From the NCBI GenBank assembly GCA_030295235.1, contig AP026129.1:372001-436000 (forward strand): 64,000 bases of DNA. Direction: 5' to 3'. Each line of letters starts with the position of its first letter. Within the stretch, counting starts at the first letter, position 1. Positions 58,409 to 64,000 of the stretch are shown piece after piece. Below the pieces are notes generated by a model. The model did not search any database. It was not told the DNA's origin and saw only the letters and a program-made list of their open reading frames with translations. Source of the stretch: Fistulifera solaris. Its lineage: Eukaryota. Both the position numbers and the translations under genes were made by a program.

Positions 58409-61400
58409 ATGTCTTTTTTTAGCTCTGGAATGGCAGGAGACATCTGGTCTACCGGTGCGTTCTCATTCGAATCCCCTCTCAAGGATTTACTGGACTCTGG
58501 CGACTACACGACAGAACAGCTTTTAGCAGAAGATGAACTACTCCAAGAAATTAGAGGACTACATCCGCAGCTTATCAGCTTTTTTCTCGACGCCGGAAGC
58601 TGTAACGAAGCTCGTTCGTTACGTTATACTTCCGTCGAAAGAGAGTCAAACCAGCTATGGAAATGAGGAAAAGACAAACCGAAAGGACCCTGGAGATTGG
58701 TTGAAAGAGCATTTGGATAGGAACGAAAAAGATTCGAAAACGCCTGAAAATGACCCTGAGATTAAGCATGTACGTTTCCCCTACATGGCATGTGAAATTA
58801 TCTGTTGCGAAATAGATTCCATCATAGACGTCCTCGTTGACGGGAAAGTGGCCACGGCGGAACAGAAACTAATAGAAAATCAGCCGTCAAACGACAACGA
58901 AGAAACGAGCGCTGTGGATACATCTAGCGACATGCGTATACTGGACTTGCTGTTTTCTTTACTTTATGACACCAAATCGGGAGAGCTGGATGATTATCGG
59001 GCGGGATACTTTGACAAGATCTTGACCGTACTGTTTCGAAAGCGGCCGGAAGACCTCGTAAATTTCATCAACAAGGGAGGAGCATTGGGTACCAACGCAC
59101 TTATGGAAGCTGTATTTTCTCATCTATATTCCCATTCGATCATGCAAATTGCTCAAAGGCTTATGCTACCAAAAGACCAACACCTCCGCAGCCCCCTCCC
59201 GAAGAAAATGGAGCGGAAATTATTGCGGAAGAACACCAGCTAGAAGATGATTTGGCCGTCTACTGCAACTGGTCGCAGTCGAATGATGCGTTAAACATGT
59301 TGCTTGATATACTGACTGATCCAAAGCCACCATTAGCACCAATGAGCACAGAAGAAATTGATGAGTTTAAATTGGATATGTCCTTGAACGCGTCAGAAGT
59401 GCTCATCACAGTCATTCAAAATTCCATGCTTAGTTCAGAAACTATGCTCTCATTGACGAAATCCGAAACTATCAAGAGACTGGTGCTTGCGGCGACCACA
59501 ATTCGGGTGGACGATGGTGAAGAGTCATTCTTTAGCCCCCACGAATCCCTTTTGACATCAGCAATGAATGTATTAGAGAGTTTGATATTACAGCTCGGTG
59601 GTTACGGAGCCGTGGGAACTATGTTCCTGCTTCCGGAAGAAGAAGGAGGGCAGCTGATGGAAGGTGCGGTTTCTGAAGATCATCAGCATTTGATTGCTGA
59701 CCTGGAATCCGTTCTTGAACACCTACCTCTTTTGCTGTCAGAAATGTCTAATCTTCTACAGCATTCGTCGACTAAAAATGGCGATCGTTCATGCAATTTT
59801 CTCGGTCTGAACCGCAACCTTTACTTGGTAACTCTCGCCTTCGGATTGTAAGAGTACTCGAGTCGCTTGTCCTTCTCGGAGACGCCGAGGTCGACGCGAT
59901 GCTGGTTCAGTCGGATTGCTTAGAATTGTGTCTAAACCTCTTTTGGGATTTCCAATGGGGTTCAATGCTGCACCAATCGGTCGCTAACTTATTGGTTCAC
60001 GTTTTCGAAGGTCACAACGCACGTTTTGCTATGCAAGAATACTTTCTGATAAAATGCAATCTGCTTGGTAGATTGATGGAGTCATTCATGGAACTGCAAG
60101 AGGAAGACAAGGTTTCAGAGGTGGTATCGAATCTGGAAAACATTAATGTTGCGGGGATTGCGGGGGAGAGTGACAAGAGCATCACGAATGATCTACTACC
60201 GGTGTCAGAAGATGATGTCGAAGCAGCAATGGAGAAACAAGAACTGGAAGACGAATCTTCTTCTTCTGCCAAACAAATTCTTTTTTCGAATGTGGAAGAA
60301 CTAGCTACAAATGCTGTCCAAATGGAATGTCGCGATACATCAACTATTGGTGCAGCTGCCCCATCACAGTCGTTCCGTTTTGGCTATATGGGCCATGTGA
60401 TCATCATTTGTCAGGCTCTGGTGCATGCATGTGCTACTGAAGTAGAGCCAGAGGAGCAAATGCTTATGCAAAATGGTGGCTCGCCGGAAAGCCCTCTACC
60501 TGACGAGACCGAGGCCCTCCTTCTGGCGGAGCTCGTTGCGAACCATGCCTTATCTGAAAGATGGACTGAGTTCATATCAACAACTTTAGCTTCAGAAACA
60601 GTGATACAGTCGACCCCACTTGGTGGCTACGGTTCAGGACAGGATCCTTTGCACGCACATCGTCCGGGTCTAGCGGACGATGATGACATCGACGATGATA
60701 ATATGGGACCGCCGGTGCCGCCAAGAGGGATTGGGGGATTTGATATGGATGAAAATGATTTGGACATAGCGGCGAGTATTATGTCGGGCTTTTTCTTCTT
60801 CTCACCAGCGCAGGGACGGTGATGCCGGGACAAACGACACTGGTTCATTGGGGTCGGGCGATTCGGAAAGGTCGTACAATTCTGGAGAAACAGCTAGCGA
60901 GCGAAGTGGCTATGCATTCGATGATCCGTTGGGAAAGGTTGGGTCACTTGGCATTGAATTGGGAAAGCTAACGAAATACAAGGAGAGCGCCGGTCAAATA
61001 TCGAAAGATTCAGGTGACGTGGAGGACGACGACACGTCGTCTGGTTCGTCGTCTGACGATGAACAGATTTCTGGAGAAGGCTCTGATGAAGTTCCTGTCA
61101 TGGATCTTTTTGCTGGAAACTTCGACTACAACCAGACCGATGAAGATGCAGCTAAGCAACCGCAAGTTACTGAATTTACTGATTTCGCTAAATTTGATGA
61201 GGTTGACGAAGTCTTTGGCGAATTCGTTGAGGCAACTGCACCAACATCTCAGGAATCAGAAATTCCATCAAGTCCAGAAGACATCTTTCAAAAGGGTGAC
61301 CATGCAGATTTGCTCGAGACTGAAATCGTCGAGGATAACGGTGACGAAATGAGTCGTGAAAGCGGCGAATCAGGCCATTTTTCAGGTGAAACGAAGCACG

Positions 61401-61426
61401 TGGATATCAAGAGAATGAACAATTAA
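58409..61426 (+). CDS. SIT4/PP6 phosphatase-associated protein (SAPS family)
   Basis: SPLKDLLD..LLAEDELLQE, RFPYMACEI, AGYFDKI, LGNSRLRIV, W.SMLH, GYMGHV, acidic tail; frameshifts at ~58582, ~59170, ~59775 and ~60790. Confidence 0.85.
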
Positions 61427-61595
61427 AACACGATCAAGTCTTCGCGTTATTTCGTAACGACCTTTTACATGTTCTACTATCGTTGTCGACCAGCATTGTT
61501 GAGTTTGCGCCTTAGCTTTCACCGTTACCAGTTGTGCTACAATAGTTTTTTTGCACGTGTTTGCTAGCGACAAAAGCAAACTTTGGTTACATACA

Positions 61596-63260
61596 TTATT
61601 CATATATGTTTTCTATAGGAGCGTACTCCGTTTCAAAAGTGGAGTCTTGCAAGGTCACTCGGTGGTAAACTTCCGACCCCAAAATTAGCAAGATGAGACA
61701 AAGAGATTGAGACCGTCAATGACTGGTCCGTAGTTGAAATCCGGTATATTCATATCGTAAAAGTGCATGCAGAGAACGGAAACAATGATTCCAGCGCTTA
61801 CCCCGCGGTACATTACTTTGGTTGCACCAGCGTTGACAATCTTGTCGACCGCCACTCCCACCAAAACGACCGAAGTCACGTGAATGAGAACCAGAAGCAA
61901 AGAATAGTCACAAAAAGCACTCTCCGGGTATTTGGATTCCTGGTCTGTTTCAGAAAGGCCACCAACGAAGCATTGTACACCATCCGAATAATTCTCGCTG
62001 AATTGCGTCGAAGGGTATTGTTCCGTCCAGTCCCCGTGAGCTCCCAGCCCTTGCAGTACGAATAAAAGAGGAGACATGACAGATGCTACAATGAACTGAA
62101 ATGTCGCCAGTAACAGATTCAAGTAGTTCATATTGACCGGCTGTTTGAACTGTAGAAATACGTGTTCTTTATAAAGCTGAGTGAAGACGGGGATGAGCAC
62201 AGAAATGCAACCATACTATGACACACAACAAACATCGTACATACCGTGACTATAGCAGCTGGAATGCAGCTCGAGACGTATAACAAGGTATTGATAGCGG
62301 TCCTTGTTGGAATCGAATCGGCGTACATGAACTCGTTGGGGTCAATCAGCGTAACAAAAGCTGGAAGGAGAGCAAACATAACGGCGAAAAACAAAATGAG
62401 TGATCCCCACACATGTTCTTTGGCCAGGCCTCCATAACCCGACACGGCTGTCCTCGGGGGTAAATCCGAATCTGCGGTACACGTCTCGTTGGCAAGACTG
62501 TACAAGGCACTGGTCGTTAGACTGCGTTCCGTCGACGAAGTATGACGACCATCGTCCTCATTACTTGCATTGCGGGTTCTACGGGTATCTTGATCAGACT
62601 TGCGGGTGAGCGAACACAGTCCATCCGGATGACCAAATTGAGTGAGAAAAAGCCGTCAGGGGCAGTGTAAATTGTACCAAAATGACGGTCAAAGTGGGAG
62701 GAACACGGTAACCGGAAACAAAAACTAAGAGTATGCAAAGCGTATCGAGGAGTGCCATGATCGCCACATCAATCAAAGGTATTCCCAACTTGATTTTCGA
62801 GCTGGGTGTTTTCAAAAAATATCCTGTCATGACGATAATTCCCAGCAAGAGGGCATGGGCACCTGTGACGGCTTCTACGGTGAGAAGACGAAAGGGAGCG
62901 GTTCGGTCGACTAATAGTTTAAAAGTCGATCGTTCCCCCCGCATACGAGAGGGCCAAAATGACGAACCAAAATAGGACAACGAGATGATTGCGTCGCCTT
63001 TGATCGATAGAGAGCTCCATATCGGAATCCCAAAGGTTTTCGACGTTTGCAATGATCCGTAACGAACTTTTCAGACGATTCCAGACCCAATACACGAAGG
63101 AAGATTGATTACTTTGACTTTGATTGTCATGATCCATCTCGGATTCGTCTTGCCATTGATCATCTAAGGTTTCATCGTACGATTGAGTATCATAGCCATC
63201 CGTCTCGGAGGTAGCCCCGTAATTGCGTATTCGGGTGTCCAGTTGAGAATGTTCGTTCAT
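61596..63260 (-). CDS. CRT-like (chloroquine-resistance-transporter family) membrane transporter
   Basis: Multi-TM; MALLDT, VPPTLTVILVQFTLP, intron 62244-62177 giving LYKEHVF, LLATFQF, DGVQCFVG; several frameshifts. Confidence 0.7.
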
Positions 63261-64000
63261 CCTCAACAGAGTTTGTTGCAGTAGCGGTGATTCTCACAGC
63301 CCAGTACTTGTAACTACAGAAAGACTATCGTTTATCTCTTCGAGATTCGTATTACAGTTTGCTGTATTTTAGCATAGTCTTTTGACTTGTAACTAGGCAA
63401 CGACACAAGGAGAATAATATGTTTTCTCCTTTCTTGTCAACACTCGTGCGCTAGCGTTTGCTGGTGTTTTTGTTGTTGTTCTTGTTGCAGTTGACTTGCA
63501 CTGAGAATGAGAACGAGCAACGTGTGTGCGAGACCGCGATTGGATAGAGCACTTTCTAAGAGATACCGTACCATTTACTCTAGGACAGGAAGCAAATGTT
63601 GTAAGCCATTACGACAAATATTGATGTGAGAATTCTGGTTTGACAGAAAGATATTCCTCCACGCATAGCCCGCATTTCTCGTTTTCAAAGATTCACATTC
63701 ATTTGGAGTTCGGAGTCACATCTATTCCTTAGTTTTGATTACACTTTACGCTCTACAACATAGAGTAATTAGGAGGATGAACGCTGCTCTTTGTTGAGGG
63801 AAGAAAAGCAGCAGAAAGAAAAGTTTGGTGACACAGATTACTCGACTAAGAACATCGACGCTTTCGCCATGGATACAGGTACGTTTTTATTGAGTATTAA
63901 GCCTTTCTTCTCTTTTCACAACGTTCTTACAAGATTTACGTGGCAGAACTGGGCTGGATGCATGCTGTTATTAGTGTCGGATTTCTCTTGCTCGTCGGTG

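Noticed and set aside
63777..64000. Start of a membrane-protein gene at the window end
   Set aside because: A plausible intron (~63879-63933) and a hydrophobic frame (IYVAELGWMHAVISVGFLLLVG) exist, but no clean start or continuous frame can be established in the available sequence

Overview
Gene-dense eukaryotic nuclear DNA, most likely from a pennate diatom. That assignment is an inference from the short 60-110 nt GT-AG introns, bipartite signal+transit peptides and gene content. The window holds about 34 protein-coding genes, mostly housekeeping or metabolic. Around 18 of them are broken by single-base indels, mostly in homopolymers, which looks like uncorrected long-read assembly error rather than mass pseudogenisation. 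The standout is at 0.4-5.0 kb. An intron-containing gene of the cDPGS-like P-loop family that includes arginine synthetase ArcE lies head-to-head with a carbamate kinase gene and tail-to-tail with a mitochondrial aspartate aminotransferase. This suggests a clustered, probably mitochondrial, ATP-yielding arginine synthetase pathway attached to the diatom ornithine-urea cycle. Other unusual genes: a membrane-tailed ubiquitin-like protein with an internal RGG, a secreted 2OG-Fe(II)-oxygenase/DOMON/GPI fusion, a nitrilase-fold membrane protein, and an FTR-variable-chain-like protein with a Cys cluster. Non-coding observations: a tRNA-derived Pol III/SINE-like element, a dispersed 21-bp intergenic palindrome, an enriched TACCWGGTA motif, a ~50-bp degenerate satellite, a period-7 duplication bias and several short local duplications. 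All family assignments are from motif recognition by eye; no searches were run.
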